Below are positions 12,945-27,300 of a DNA stretch of 64,000 nucleotides, piece after piece. Position numbers and translations under genes: made by a program. Position 1 is the stretch's first letter. Each line of letters starts with the position of its first letter. The notes below the pieces were generated by a model. That model did no database searches, was not told the origin of the DNA, and saw nothing but the letters and a program-made list of their open reading frames with translations. The DNA comes from Antechinus flavipes (lineage: Eukaryota): NCBI RefSeq assembly GCF_016432865.1, contig NC_067402.1, forward strand, positions 187,116,001 to 187,180,000, in the 5' to 3' direction.

Positions 12945-15900
12945 CTTGGAAGCAAAAAAAATTTAGAATTGCAATTAGTATGGGTTTATCTGCAACTGCT
13001 GGAGCAATCCAACTAAGGGGCTAGACTGGAAGATTTATAGGGTTTCCTCCATTGTTTTGTGATTCTGCAACTTAGTGACTCTCACAGATGGGCTAGTTAC
13101 ATGAAAACATTAAGCCCTACCCCATAAAGAATATATAAGAAGGTTCTGACTAGGGTAGAACTTTGCCTCAGTACCGAGCTGATCTTACTGCTGTCAGACT
13201 AATCAGGGCCACCTTAATCAAGAACAGTTCAGATGATCTTTTGTTTCTGGGTTTTTAAAATTTATCGATCAATTGATTAACTATCTACTTCCCAAAGTTG
13301 ATGTAAAGAAAACTCTTGTGAACCATGAAATATTTTATAGATGCTTCAGCACTTGAATAGATCCATGATTTTATGGAGTAGGCTGACTGTAGTAGGTGCA
13401 AGATCCCAAGCCATACATGTTTTCTCACTTAAGGCAATGTTCTTGCCCATGCTCTCATCAGCCCTCTGTAGAAAATCTACCCAGTGCACTGAAAGAGGTG
13501 CTTTTTAAGGTTTTCTAATATTCTGGGGATACCAGTTTATAACTTGGATCGTCCATCTGCCATCTTTCATTTTCACTCCGTGACTGGCTCACTTTCTTTT
13601 CCAGGATTAGGTTTCCTGGATAATATTTTTGCAACTTCTGGAGCACATTATCATTAATAATAATACATTGTAATTTTTCTTTTAGAACTAGCAAGCATTT
13701 TCCACTACTGTTCTCTGAGATACCTGCTCTTTTAATTCTTTGTATATTACAGTGCTCTAGAATTTGCAAATAGACTGCCTCACTGTGAGAACATTATCAT
13801 CATCCTTATTATAAAGATGGGCTTTGAGTCTGAGAGTAGCTTGAAAATATTGAAAATGCTAAACGATTTCACAATCGCCTGAATACTGTAGAATATCTGC
13901 AGTGAGATACATTATTATTCAAAAAAAAGATCAGTGCATCTCACTGAGGATGCTCTACAGTACTCAGAAGATTGGCATAAATAATACCATGTCAGTTAGG
14001 AACCATAGCATTTAGAGACTTTCACCATCTATAGAAAATAACTTTAATTTGGGTTCTGAACAGGTGATTATATGTCTCCCTGTTTTATCTCACTTGATAC
14101 TGATAACCAGAGAATAAGAATGATTGGAGAAAACCATAAAGATTATTATTGCCCAAATAAAGGCTAGGAGGATGTCAGTAGTTAATAATTGATATGCCAT
14201 TTTCTCATTTCCTTGGTTAAAATATGAGAAGAAAAAGGTTTTGCAAATTATTTTCTAAATTAGATCCCATTCACAGTCATACAGATTGACTAAAAGATAT
14301 AGAGAATACAGTATGTAAAATCCTATGATGTTTATTGTTCAGTTTTTTTTTAACGCAGCAATTTCTCAAAAAAAAAAAAAAAAGGTACCTCTCAAACATA
14401 GGTTAAGGATATTCAAAACTGTTTGATAGATAACAAACACAAGAGAAATTCTGTTCAGATTATACTTTTTCTCTCTCCCAGTTTTATTGCTGAGCTCTCA
14501 AAAATTGGGTTCTAGGTCTCCTCAATTCTGGGATCAGATGGAGTTATAGGATGTTTCCTTTGCCCTTGAGTCTTTTTTTTTTGTCTTGGATTACTACTTT
14601 TCTGAGCAGCAGCTAGGTGGTTCAGTGGATAGACTGCTGGGTCTAAGTTCAAACTTGACTTCAGACACTGAATAACTATGTGACCCTGGACAAGTCACTT
14701 AATCCTATGTCACTGAATCCATTGGAAGAAGAAATGGCAAATCACTCCAGTTTTTCAAAAATACCCAACCAACAGGGTCATGAAGAGTTAAACAAAAATG
14801 CATGAATGAACAATAATACCTCTTTTCTCAGATTATGTTGTAGTGGTTTTTTCTTCATCAATTACACTGAGGTCTCCCCCCTTCCCTCTGAGACCTGTCT
14901 TAGTTAAAGTCTTTTTCTTAGGTCTTTTTTTCAATCCAATTCCATTACGTCAGAAGTTAACCTTTTCTGGTTGACTAGATCTATTTGAAGCCTTTTCATG
15001 ATTTTGGGGGGGAGGATAAAATAGAAAGAAGGAACTTTTTACTCTCACTATGTTGTGGTGCTATTCTGTAATTCTAACCAATTAAAGCCCACCTGCTCAT
15101 CATCCTCTCCCTCTCTTTTTTTTTCCAGGACCCAAGCAGTGAGGTAGCCAAAGCTAAGGTGTTTTGGGGTTTTTTTTGGTTTTTTTTGGGGGGGTTGGGG
15201 GTTAGGTTGGGTTGGATTATATTTTTGTTTTGTTTTTGCTTCTTCCAAATGAGGTTACTCTCTTAGCCCTTAGAAATTCTTTGACTTTCATTCTCATCTC
15301 TCAAGGGACCTGGATCATACCTACAGTCAAGGGAGCTAAATTATATGATAATCAGGTATTTATTTCTGTAGTAGGACTGAGTCATACCATTTCCTTCTAT
15401 CCTGCTATCTTGGTCTCCTATGTAGTGAAATATAAAGATTATCCCATAGCCAATTCTTTATTTATTACCTTGAATGCTTGTAGGAGCTCTGGAGTTCATG
15501 TTACCCATCTTTAGGGAAACTAGGTAGGAGCTAAACCAAAAGTATATTATGTTTTCCTAAAGCCACAGCAGAGCAAGGAATCAAAGAGAGAAAATTACCT
15601 TCTTGGGATCAGCCCCCAGTATTTATATGAGTCCACAGTCTTGGGGAGGCCCCTGAGTCACAGATTACAATGTGATTTTACTAACAGGGACTAACACAAT
15701 TACAGAGAAAATTCGGTCTCTATCTTTCCCCTCTGACTACTCAAAGAAATCTTGCTCTTGTCTCCATTTTCTGGACACACAGAGGCACGTGTGGGTATAG
15801 AACATACACAGATTCGTCCAATGAGGAACCTGGCCACTGAGTAGCCAGGACTCAGAGTATGGCCAGTGTTCCATGTTCCCTCTCTCTGTGTACTGCAAGT

Positions 15901-16039
15901 CGCAGATCCTTGTGGATCAGGCAGAACTCCTGCTCTGAGGACTGGGCCCTCGCTGGCCAGCCCCTCTAGTCCATGTGGATAATGTGGTAAATGAGGGCAA
16001 ACAAGGACGCACTCACTCATCACAGACAGCCGTACTCAC

Positions 16040-16134
16040 TTCGAGCAGAGGGGTGACTCTCAAGAATAGCATTGGTCAACGTGCCCCCAGGAAGTCCATT
16101 GGTACTACAGTGCATAAACCCGTCTTCACAGTAG
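16040..16134 (-). CDS. VWF: VWF exon 17
   Basis: ctgcag|C TAC...CGA A|gtgagt; 95 nt; (C)YCEDGFMHCSTNGLPGGTLTNAILESHPSAR. Confidence 0.97.
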
Positions 16135-16761
16135 CTGCAGAAAAAAATGAAAACTCATTTAAATGCTTCCCAAAAAGAGATGAGGGGACAGTCCCAGGAA
16201 TTCTGGTTTGTAACTAAGAGCCTGGAGCTACCTCTTCCCCAGGATCTACCTGCTAACAGAATGTGCCCAAGGCTTAGCATTCAAAGGAATCTTGGAAAAG
16301 ACCTGGTCTGACTTCCAGCCTTCACTTTATTGGCCAATTTGGCTTTGCAGATTGGGCTCATAACCATTCTCAGGAACAAAGGTTTCCATCATATTTATCA
16401 CCACATCCCAAGGGCTGTTTGAGAAATGAACAAATGAATGGCTACAATAGATAGTGAGTTCTCTTTGCTGAAAAAAGAAAGGAAAAAAAATTGGCAAAGG
16501 AAGGGAAGGCCAGAGAAGGAGAGGAAGAAAAAATAGAGGCTTGTCTCCAAAAGACTTAAATTCCAATGCACTGGGCAAAGACAAAACATGAGAAAAATAA
16601 CACAATAAGCTAGAAGAAAAAACAACATGGAAAAATTCAGAAGGAGAATACTCAAAGAGAAAGAATCCTGTGTCCAGAAGACGTCTTTTACAGTTTCAGT
16701 CCATAAAACTGAATTACAAATGACAGAGGTCTGGGTTCTAATGCTGGTCCTACTATAAATT

Positions 16762-17657
16762 TTTTTAGACTTTTTTTCTAAAGCTTTTTAATTTCAAAAC
16801 ATATGCATCGATAATTTGACAACATTGATCCTTGCATGTAACCTTGTGTTTCAGATTTCCTCCTCCTCCCCATCCCCTCCCCTAGATGGCAAGCAATTCA
16901 ATATATGTTAAACATGTTAAAATATATGTTAAATACAATATGTGTAAACATATTTATATAGTTGTCTTGTTGTGCAAGAAAAATCAGATCAAAAAAAAAG
17001 AAAGTAAATGAGTAAGAAAACGAAACACAAGTGAACAACAACAACAAAAAGAGTGAGAATGTCATGTTGTGATCCATATTCAGTTCCCACAGTCCTCTCT
17101 CTGGATGCAGATGGCTCTCTTCATCACAATATAATTGGAATTGGCCAGGATCAGATCATTGTTGAAGAGAGCTCCGCCCATCAGAATTAATCATCATATA
17201 TTATTGTTATTGAAGTATATAATGATCTCCTGGTCCTGCTCACATCACTCAGCATCAGTTCATGTAAGTCATTCCAGGCCTCTCTGAAATCCTTCTGCTG
17301 GTCATTTCTTACAGAACAATAATGTTCCATAACATTCATATACCATAACTTATTCAGTCATTCTCAGCTGATGGGCATCCACTCAGTTTCCAGTTTCTAT
17401 CCCACTACAAACAGGGCTGCCACAAACATTTTTGCACATGTGGGTCCCTTTCCCTCCTTTAAGATCTCTTTGGGATATAAGCCGGATCAAAGGGTATGCA
17501 CAGTTTAATAACTTTTTGAGCATAGTTCCAAACTTCTCTCCAGAATGGTTGGATCCTTCACAACTCCACCAACAATGTATCAGTGTCCCAGTTTTCCCAC
17601 ATTCCCTCCAAAATTTGTCCTTGTCTTTTCCTGTCATCTTAGCCAACCTGAGAGGCA
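16762..17657 (-). mobile_element. 5'-truncated L1 (ORF2 C-terminus plus 3' UTR) with target-site duplication
   Basis: FWRECGKTGTLIHCWW zinc-knuckle remnant; T-rich tail at the left end; 14-bp TSD with one mismatch, tcctactataaatt (16748-16761) and tcctattataaatt (17658-17671). Confidence 0.9.
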
Positions 17658-17829
17658 TCCTATTATAAATTAATTGAATGACACTGGTAACCCTATTGCA
17701 ACAGCTCATTGTTTCTGCATTGCATGAAGGAAAAGGAACATCGCAGAGTCACTCATTCTCAGAATGGACCCCATAAAGTTTAGTAGCATAACACCATGGT
17801 AGGCCAATCACATTGTCTTTAAAGATTAT

Positions 17830-18125
17830 TGTTATTCCTTCTCATTCTTTTTGTTGTTGTTCGTTTGCATTTTGTTTTTTTATTCATTTTCTTTCCTTTT
17901 TGATCTGATCTTGTGTAGCAAGATAATTATACAAATATGTTTACATATATTGGATTTAACATATATTTTAACATGTATAAGGATATACTGGATTACTTGT
18001 CATCTAGGGGAAGGAGTGAGGGGAAGAAGGGGAAAATTTGGAACACAAGACTATGCAAGAATCAATGTTGAAAAATTATCCATGCAAATGTTTTTGAAAA
18101 TAAAAAGTTTTAATTTTAAAAAAAG
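17830..18125 (+). mobile_element. L1 3' end, opposite orientation to the neighbouring L1
   Basis: Reverse-complement similarity to ~16790-16990; ends aataaaaag followed by an A-rich tail. Confidence 0.8.
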
Positions 18126-19086
18126 ACAAAAAAAGATTATTGTTATTTCCTAATACTTTCATTTTTTCTGGTCCCTCCCCAAGAAGCTCAAAAACTTTGC
18201 CTAACAATATCAGTTAATAGCTTAGATTTATACAGCACTTTGTGAGGTTTGAAAAGCAGTTTACATAAGTTTTCTTATCTGGTTCTCACAACAAACTTGG
18301 TGAGGTAGCCACTATTATTATCCCCATTTTAAAGATGGAGAAATTGAGACTGAGGAAGCTAGTAAATGTTTGAGTCAAGATTAGAATTCAGGTCTTCCAT
18401 GAAGACTCCAGGTCTAGCATTCTGCCTGTTTTACTCCTTAATCCTGTTTCTTTATTATCTTCAGGTCCCTTCGCATTAATTAAGGTCAGAAAGTACCAAG
18501 TAACCAATATGAAACAGGAACAGTAAGAGAATGTGAGCTGCTGGGCTTACATTAAAAAAAAAAAAACAAAAAAAAAACCTGTATTTCTAGCCTGGGCCTC
18601 TGGTATCCTCAAATGGCAGTAAAAGAGAGTCACTCAATTTCTATCTACCATTAAATACACACATGATCTTGAGTGAGCTACTTTATCTGTGTATCGTAGT
18701 CTTCATGTGTGAAATAAAAGGAAGGAAGGAAATAAGTATTATTAAGTATCTACCTATGTGCCAGGCTCTGTTCTAAGCATTTTACAAATATTGTTTTATT
18801 TGTTATTATTATCTGTGTGTTAATATTTATTAATATTATCTTATCCTTACAATAATCTTGGGAGGTAGATGTTCTTATTATCTCCATTTTATAGTTGAAG
18901 AAACTGAGGCAGGCTGAGGTTAACTCTGACTTGCCTAAGGTCATCTAGCCAATTAAAGTCTGAAACTGAATTTGAACTTGAGATTTCCAAGCCCAATATC
19001 CTATCTACTGTACCAGGTAGCTGCCTCTAGATTGGGCTAGATAAGCTCTAAGATTCTTTCCTTTGATGTTGTCATTAGGTACTCAC

Positions 19087-19327
19087 CACATGGTGTGATG
19101 GTCTGAGAAGATATCTTCAGGCTGAAAGATCTCACCATCATAATAACAGGGGCACTGGGCTTTGGGCACACAGTTCCTCTTCTCATCAGTGTACAGCCCA
19201 GGAGGGCAAAAACAACCCTCAAGGCAGACTTCATTGCATTCCATGTCTGGATAGGAGAGGGAGCGGCAGGTCTGATTGCAAGGAGTCCCACACTGCTGAT
19301 AAACCTGGCCCTCTGGACAACTTAATG
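19087..19327 (-). CDS. VWF: VWF exon 16 (D2 TIL/E)
   Basis: ttctccag|CA TTA...ATG TG|gtgagt; 241 nt; (A)[79 protein letters not shown](C). Confidence 0.98.
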
Positions 19328-19484
19328 CTGGAGAAGAGAAAGAATAGAGTAAGAATAAGGGATTTGGTCTTGGCATTTGTGAATGGTGGGAGAGAATTGG
19401 TCATTATATACTCTCTTCCCTAGATCCACATGCATCATCACCTGAAGTCATGATTAATAATCCTCCCCTTCCCTTCCCACCTTT

Positions 19485-20115
19485 NNNNNNNNNNNNNNNN
19501 NNNNNNNNNNNNNNNNNNNNNNNNNNNNNNNNNNNNNNNNNNNNNNNNNNNNNNNNNNNNNNNNNNNNNNNNNNNNNNNNNNNNNNNNNNNNNNNNNNNN
19601 NNNNNNNNNNNNNNNNNNNNNNNNNNNNNNNNNNNNNNNNNNNNNNNNNNNNNNNNNNNNNNNNNNNNNNNNNNNNNNNNNNNNNNNNNNNNNNNNNNNN
19701 NNNNNNNNNNNNNNNNNNNNNNNNNNNNNNNNNNNNNNNNNNNNNNNNNNNNNNNNNNNNNNNNNNNNNNNNNNNNNNNNNNNNNNNNNNNNNNNNNNNN
19801 NNNNNNNNNNNNNNNNNNNNNNNNNNNNNNNNNNNNNNNNNNNNNNNNNNNNNNNNNNNNNNNNNNNNNNNNNNNNNNNNNNNNNNNNNNNNNNNNNNNN
19901 NNNNNNNNNNNNNNNNNNNNNNNNNNNNNNNNNNNNNNNNNNNNNNNNNNNNNNNNNNNNNNNNNNNNNNNNNNNNNNNNNNNNNNNNNNNNNNNNNNNN
20001 NNNNNNNNNNNNNNNNNNNNNNNNNNNNNNNNNNNNNNNNNNNNNNNNNNNNNNNNNNNNNNNNNNNNNNNNNNNNNNNNNNNNNNNNNNNNNNNNNNNN
20101 NNNNNNNNNNNNNNN
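19485..20115. other. Assembly gap (631 N) in intron 15
   Basis: Run of N. No VWF exon is missing, since exon 15-16 phases join correctly. Confidence 1.
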
Positions 20116-20719
20116 TAGTATTAGTAAATATAATGGAAGCACCTTCCCCAATCCATGTGTATTGACACTACACCTCTTCCTACTATATGAAGTTATCTTG
20201 TACATCTTGGTATGAAAAAGAATTTTGAAGATGCTATTTTTATTATTAGCTAGATGCTAATGGTAACATCATCAGAATAATAGGGAATGAGAAAGAGAGA
20301 CAGAACTGTGGGAAGAAGGGAGAGAATGAGAGTATAGTGTAAACTTGGCCCTAATAATTTTCTCTGGTAACCCATCAAGAGTTTGTTGCTGATGTTCACT
20401 CATTTTCCACTGTTATCTGACTCTTTGTGACCCCATTTGGTGTTTTCTTGGCAAAGATATTGGAATAGTTTGCTATGTCCTTCTCCATCCCATTTTACAG
20501 ATGGAGGAACTGAGACAAACTAGAATTAAGTAACTTGCCCCAAAGTTACACAAGTAGTATCTGAGACTAGATTTAAACTCATGAATTCTTGATTCCAAGC
20601 CCAGGGCTCTATCCATTCTACTACCTAAATGTCCCAAGTACAAAGTTAAGAATTAACTAATTTTGGTAGAAACTATAAAAGTAGGACTAATTTTTAAGGC
20701 TTTCTAAGTGAACTAAATA

Positions 20720-21000
20720 GCAATATTTAGTATTATATATTTATACTATATATATTATTATATTAGTAATATATAGTTAATATATATACTAATATATACT
20801 ATACTAGTATACATATGTAATATACTAGTATACAATACTAGTATATATATACTAGCATTAGTATATATATAAAATATATGTTATATATTGTATATAATAT
20901 ATATTATTATAGCATATATTAGTATTATATATTTATGCTAAATATTTAGCATAAATATTTAATAGCAGTATTATATATTTAAAATATTTATTTTTATAGC
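20720..21000. repeat. AT-rich low-complexity tract with a 30-bp perfect palindrome
   Basis: Repeated tatactagtata units; atatttatgctaaatatttagcataaatat at 20929-20958 is self-complementary. Confidence 0.85.
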
Positions 21001-22914
21001 TTTGAAGAGAAGGGACCACCTTCCAACCACTTCCTTCCCCCTTTGGGCTATCTGATGATTTGAGATGGGAGGGACTACAGAGAAATACTCTAAGGTGTCA
21101 GAGAAACCCAGCTTCACACAGTGTGGTCAGGGGCAGGCGCTAGCATTCTGGGCAACCACAATACCCAGCAGGTCGGTATGGCATGATATGTAGCCATCAG
21201 GCTTAGGGATACCTCTTGAGCAAACACTTTGGACAAGTATAAATAGCAACAGTTACTCTTAATTAGCACAGAGACAACATTGTGGGGCAGTGGAAGAAAG
21301 TCCCAGCTCCAGCATTAATTAGTATTATTTGAACATGTCACAACTTGGGAGACTCAAATGAGGTGCACACTAATGTATATCAAGGTCTTTGTAATTCTAA
21401 GGCAGTATATGAATAGGAATAATTCCCAAGGCACTGTTATTTGCAGCATAATTTTTTTTTCCTTTATTCAATGTGAAAGAGTTCTTTGCTTCCAAATTAG
21501 TCTTCTCAGGCTAGTTGAAACCCACAAAGAAAGCAAACATTTTCTGTAGCAAAAACAGGTTACTGCTGCTAGGGAATGTTACTCATTCATTCATTCAACA
21601 AACATTTATAAAGTTCCTGCTGTGTTCAGAACCCTCTACTAGGCCTTAGGGAAATATAAAGTTTAACTAAGGCAGTCCCTGTGGAGAAAAGACAAATATA
21701 CTATTATAATATTGCTATATCAGAGGAGTAAAAATGTGTAGTAGATAGAAGGCCAGCCTCAGAGTCAGAAAGTGCTGGATTCCAGCTAGGAGTATGAAGG
21801 TAAATGTTTAACAACTAGGCTTGAGGGAGAGGGCAAGGGGCTAAGGAGTGTGTATATATATACTTTTGACTTTTTTAAGTCTAGACAATCACCAAAACAA
21901 AAACAAAAAGAAATCAAGGTCTGATCTTTATCTAGTGCCCATTTCTGAACTGTAAATACTCTTAATGGGCATTCTACAGAATCTACAGATTCAGCCTTAA
22001 TTCTAACAAGTATGAGCTGTTTAACAAAATTCCCCCCAACATCCCCAGGCAACTCCTTATGATTATAAATTGGCAAAGAGCTGTGGCTCTGCCAGAGCGA
22101 AGGGAATTTCCCCAAGATGAGTCCCTCCCCCAATGAAGTCACAAGTCCAAACCAAATATAACCACATTACACAATATCTTATAAATTCATTAGAGTAGTA
22201 CCAAGCAGAGTGCTGTCTGAGAGGAAAGTCATTAAGAAGGGTCAGGGAAAGTAAAGGACATTTTCATGGGGGAGGTGCCACTTAAATTGGACTTTATAAA
22301 AGCTGAGTAGAATTCAGCTGGCAAAATGGAAGAGGGAGCTCATTAGCAACAATCTGATCCAAAACGGGGAGAGAGAAATGTCTTTAAGGGACTGAAAATT
22401 GCTCCATTTTTTTTTTGTCTGGGGGCAGTGTATGGAAGAGAATAATAATACATAAGGTTAGAAAGATAGGATAACATCAAATTATGGAGAGCTTTGAATG
22501 TCAAATAAAAGATCCAAAATTTTCTTAGGAGAAAATACAAGGAGATCATTGTCAATGTTCAACCAGAGATATTTCAAGACACCTAGGAAAATTTCTGCAA
22601 AAGAGAAAGAGAGCCCTTTGTTTTCTCCTGACTGAGCTATCCTGCCTGACCTGAAGGGCATAATATAGTAGGAAAAAAACTTGTTTGGAAGTCATAAGGC
22701 TCAGCTCTGTCATTTACAAACAGTGTGATTTGGGGCAAGTCACAACCTCCCTAAATCTCAGGATCTTCATCTGTAAAATGAAGGTGTCGGCTTGGAGAAG
22801 TTTAAGGTCTCTCTTCCAGCATTATAATCCTAAAATTCCTTCAGATTGGGAATGTCTGATTACTGTTTTCTGTAGAGTATCAATTAGATTTAAGATGGCC
22901 TTTATGCTCAGAGG

Positions 22915-24360
22915 GCTATAAAAACCATACATATCCTTTGATCCATCAATACCACTGTTGGGTGTATATCCCATATAGCTTAAAAAAAAAAAAAAAAAAG
23001 GAAAAAAATCTATTTGTACAAAAGTATTTATGGCAGCTCTTTGTATGGCAGCTAAAAACTGGAAATCAAGGGGATGCCCATCAATTAGGGAATGGTTGAG
23101 CAGTTAGGGTATATGATTGTGATGTAATATTACTGTACTATAAAAAAACGACAAACAGGATGATTTCAGAATAACCTAAACTTACATGAATATCATGAAG
23201 CAGAGTGAAGTGAGCAGAACCAAGAGAATGTTATATATAGTAACAGTATATTGTACAGTGACTGTGAATGACTTCAGTATTCTCAGCAATATCATGATGG
23301 AAGATAATCCTAAAGGAATCCAATGAAGCACTCTATCCACTTCCAGAGAAAGAACTGGTATTGTCTGAATACAGACTGAAACATGCTATTTTTCACTTTC
23401 ATTTTTTTCATTCTTTTTTTATTCAAGTCTTCTTATTCAAAGTGATTAATATGGAGATATTTTATATAATTGCACACGATTAACCTATTTTGGATTGCTT
23501 ACCATCTCAGGGAGGAGGGAGAAATACATAAGAGTTACAATGGGTGCTTCTTCTTGGTGGAGATAAAGATGAATATGACAGAGAACACAGCAGGTTCAAA
23601 AGAACAGGAAAATTCAAAGGAAAGTTTTGAAGGTGTGGGGAAAAGAAAGGCTGGTATTTTTAGATTCTAGCCACTGTTCAAAGGTATGCTCTTGGACCTG
23701 TTTCAAGTATTTTAGTCCTTCAAACTGCTTTCTCCACTTTGACCTATAAGACTAGATAGTACCTATAGTATATACTACTTACAGTACCTATAATACTACT
23801 AGTAGTAATACTACTAGGCCTATACCCCAAAGAGAAAAAGAATCCATGTGTTTATAATATTCGTAGCAGCTCTTTTTGGGTTAACAAAGAACTAGAAACC
23901 AAAAGAATACCGAAAATTAAGAGAAATCAGTTCAAAGACTAGTTGAACAAATTATAGTATACAAATTTAATGTGCTGTGAGACATTATTAAAGGAAGAGT
24001 TTCAGAAAAACCTGGGAAAACCTGTGTGAACTGATGCAGAGTAAAGTGGATACAATCAGAAGAATAATTTATTTAATGACAACATTATAAAGACAGACAA
24101 CTTTGAAAAAACGCAATGACTCAGTAAGTAAAACTGATGATGAAGCATGCTGAAAAGTCATCATTTCTCCTGAAAGAGAGATGGGACTGGAATGCAAATT
24201 GAACAAAAATTTTTGGACATGACCTGGGCAAGAATTTGTTCTGTATGACTATGTGCATTTGTTAGAAGGGTTTTGATTTCTTTTCTATCTTTTTCTTACA
24301 ATGATAGGGAGGCATGAAGAAGGGAAGAAAATAGATTTTCGTTCACATTAAATAATTTAT
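22915..24360 (+). mobile_element. Two L1 3' fragments (~22915-23545 and ~23815-24360)
   Basis: cctttgatcc...atatccc, ggcagctct, ggaaatcaaggggatgcccatcaattagggaatgg: L1 ORF2 C-terminal and 3' UTR motifs. Confidence 0.75.
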
Positions 24361-27300
24361 TTTCACATTTAAAGCCTTTCATAATCTGGCTTTTTACCTT
24401 TTCTGTCTCCTTAAATCTTTATACCCACTCTGAGATTCCGTGACCCAGGCCTCCTTGGAAGTCCTCTCACAAAACACTCCATCTCCCACTTCCAGGCATT
24501 TTCAATGACCATTCGCCTTGCTTGAAACATTCTCTTTCCTCATCTTCTCCTCTGGCTTCCTTTTAGTTCCTGTTAAAATTCTATTTTCTATAATAAGACT
24601 TTCCCAACCTGCCTTAATTCTAGTACCTTCTTTTTGTCCAATTTATCCCATGTGCATCTTGTTTTTACATAGTCATTTGCATGTTGCTTCCCCCATTAGA
24701 TTGTAAACTCCTTGAGAACAAAATTGTCTTTTGTTTTTCTTTGTATTCCCACTGCTTAGCACAGTGTCTGATATGTACAAGACACTTAATAAATGATTAT
24801 TGACTGACAGACGGATTCCAGGACCTAAATGTCCAAATAATACTGAATTAGAACGCAGATTGATGCCAACCTGAAGCAAGAATAGCTTGCATTTTAGTGA
24901 ATTTTTTTTTATCTTATCCGATCTTCCAAATAGCTTTTAAAATAGCTGCCTCTGACTATGAAATTAATGAATGTTGACAATAGTTAAGTCTTTCCTTATG
25001 AATATCTGAATACTCATGAAATAATCATCTAAACTGTCAGCCAGTGCTTTCCAAATCTGAATAAACTCAACCAAGAATTGTTGCTTTGTACTTAAAATAC
25101 AAATAATTCTAATTTACTGAAGGATTATCATATAAAAAGATAATTTGGACTTTAAATTCTCATTAATTTATAAATCCCAGGGGAAAGCATATCTTTTCTG
25201 TGTAATTGAACTTTTATATTTAAATAAAAAGAAATTTAACAGGAGTTGAGGAATCATGCTTTGAACAAAAAAAAATTGAGAAGGGAACAAAAACAAGTAT
25301 GGCAATTTTGTTATTACCATGTTAAATTTAATATATACTTCAAGAACTGTATCTAACAAAAGTTCATAATTTCATATATAATGTGTTTTCTATTAAAACA
25401 AACCTTGTCAAAATTTACTTTCTGCAGAAAGCTCTCTATTTATATCCAACTTACTCTCATCACTTCCCAGAACTTATTTACTCAAACGTGTTATTCAAAG
25501 CCTAGGTTGCTGAACAAACACTCAAAATATTGAATATCAATTCATCTTCCAGCTGCTTTCTGCATCTGGCCTCTCTAATTAGCTTTCCAGCTTCTAGGGG
25601 TAAGAACTTCAGCAGGTATTTTTTGATGATCTCTCTCCTCCCTGCAATTCACAAAGAGCTACTTAAAATTAAGCTACTAAAGCTTAAAACTACATTAAGA
25701 CTTTGGGGACACTCTACATAGTGTTCTGAGGCAGCTAAGTGGCATCCTGAATAGATCAATGGGTCTACAGTCAGGAAGACCCGAGTTCATGTACGACTTT
25801 AGATATTTACTAACTGTATGACACTAGGCAAATCACTTAACCCTGTCTGCCTCAGTTTCCTTAACTGTAAAATGAGCTAAAAGAAGAAATGCCAAACCAC
25901 TTTAATATCGTTGCCAAGAAAACCCCAAATGGGGTCACAAAGAATTAGACTCCCATGAAATGAAATATAGTGTTTTAAACATAGTGAGCAATCAATTGCT
26001 CAAAGGTCAAAGCATGATGGTCACTCAGTGTTTGAGAAGTCACAGGACCCTAGGATTCAGAACTGAAAGGAACAACAGATGAGGAAATTGAACCCCCCCC
26101 TGACAAAAATGAAAGGATTTCTTATGAAAGTAAATGTCAGAGTCAAATTGGAATTCGATTTTCTAATTCCAAACTCAGTGCTCTAGTCATTATATTAACA
26201 TAGCTATCTTGGCAATCCCTGTTTAGCTCCCATAATTTTCAATCAAGGTCCCAAAGGCATAAGAAAGATATTTTCTCTAGGTTATCAGCTGATGAACATT
26301 CAAAAAAAAAGTCACCCTCTAGCTTTAAATGGTTGTAACTAGCTATAGGAGCAAATATAGTCATGGGAGTGAATATCACCTGGGAAATTTAAGACAAAAA
26401 CCATGAAAGAATAGTTTTTTTTATTTCCCCCCATCTTTTTCAGTTCTAATTCACTTTCCAATTTGACTCCCACATCAGGAATAAGATGGCACTAGACAAA
26501 GGGAATTTCTGATACCCAGGAAAGTCAAAGAAGTGTCTGGCCTTTGACAAAATGTCAAGCAAGTCCCAGGAAGACCTCTGGTATATGGGGCAGATCCTTT
26601 CCCTTAGAAAAAGAAGATATGGAGGGATTTTGATCTTTATCAATGCAGAGAAACCCCTGACTAATAAAATCAGGAGAGCCTCTGAAATAAAATTCAAGCA
26701 GGACAGAACAATATAAAGCAGGGTATTTTCATGAAGATTTCCCAGGAACATATGCCTCCATTGTTCCAGTCCCAAGGGTACATAGATGGAAGACAAAGTT
26801 GGCTGTGTTTGAAATAATACAGTCTTAACTCCTGAAAGGCCCCACTCTCCAACTCTGTTCAAATGAGATCACGTCTAGGAAAGTGTTTTAGAAAAAATAA
26901 AATGTTCTATACAAATATAGCACCAAGAATACATAGCCAATATGAATATTATTTTATTTTTATTTTGCATTTCCCTGCATCCCCAGATGTGTTTCTTAAA
27001 AGTAAATGTATGCAAAAATATGTTTTAAAAAATGGATGAAATAGTGAATTTAGGTGACATAATCACATGTATTTGAATTTTAAAAATAAATATTGTTTCA
27101 GAAAAAAAATATATAGAAACAAAACTAGGGATTTCTCTAAGAGCACTAAGTATTCCTGTATTTGGAAATAGGAAGAAAATGTTTTCCCCTGCAGTTAAGA
27201 TAGGTAGGGGCAGAAGGAAGGGGAAAGCCCACTCTGGCTTTCATCCTGGTCTGGCAACTTTACCCAATTATTTTTGTTATCTTGGTGTTAAGCTCTGTTG

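Noticed and set aside
19438-20205. Long ORFs of 255 and 222 aa
   Set aside because: Artefacts of the N gap.
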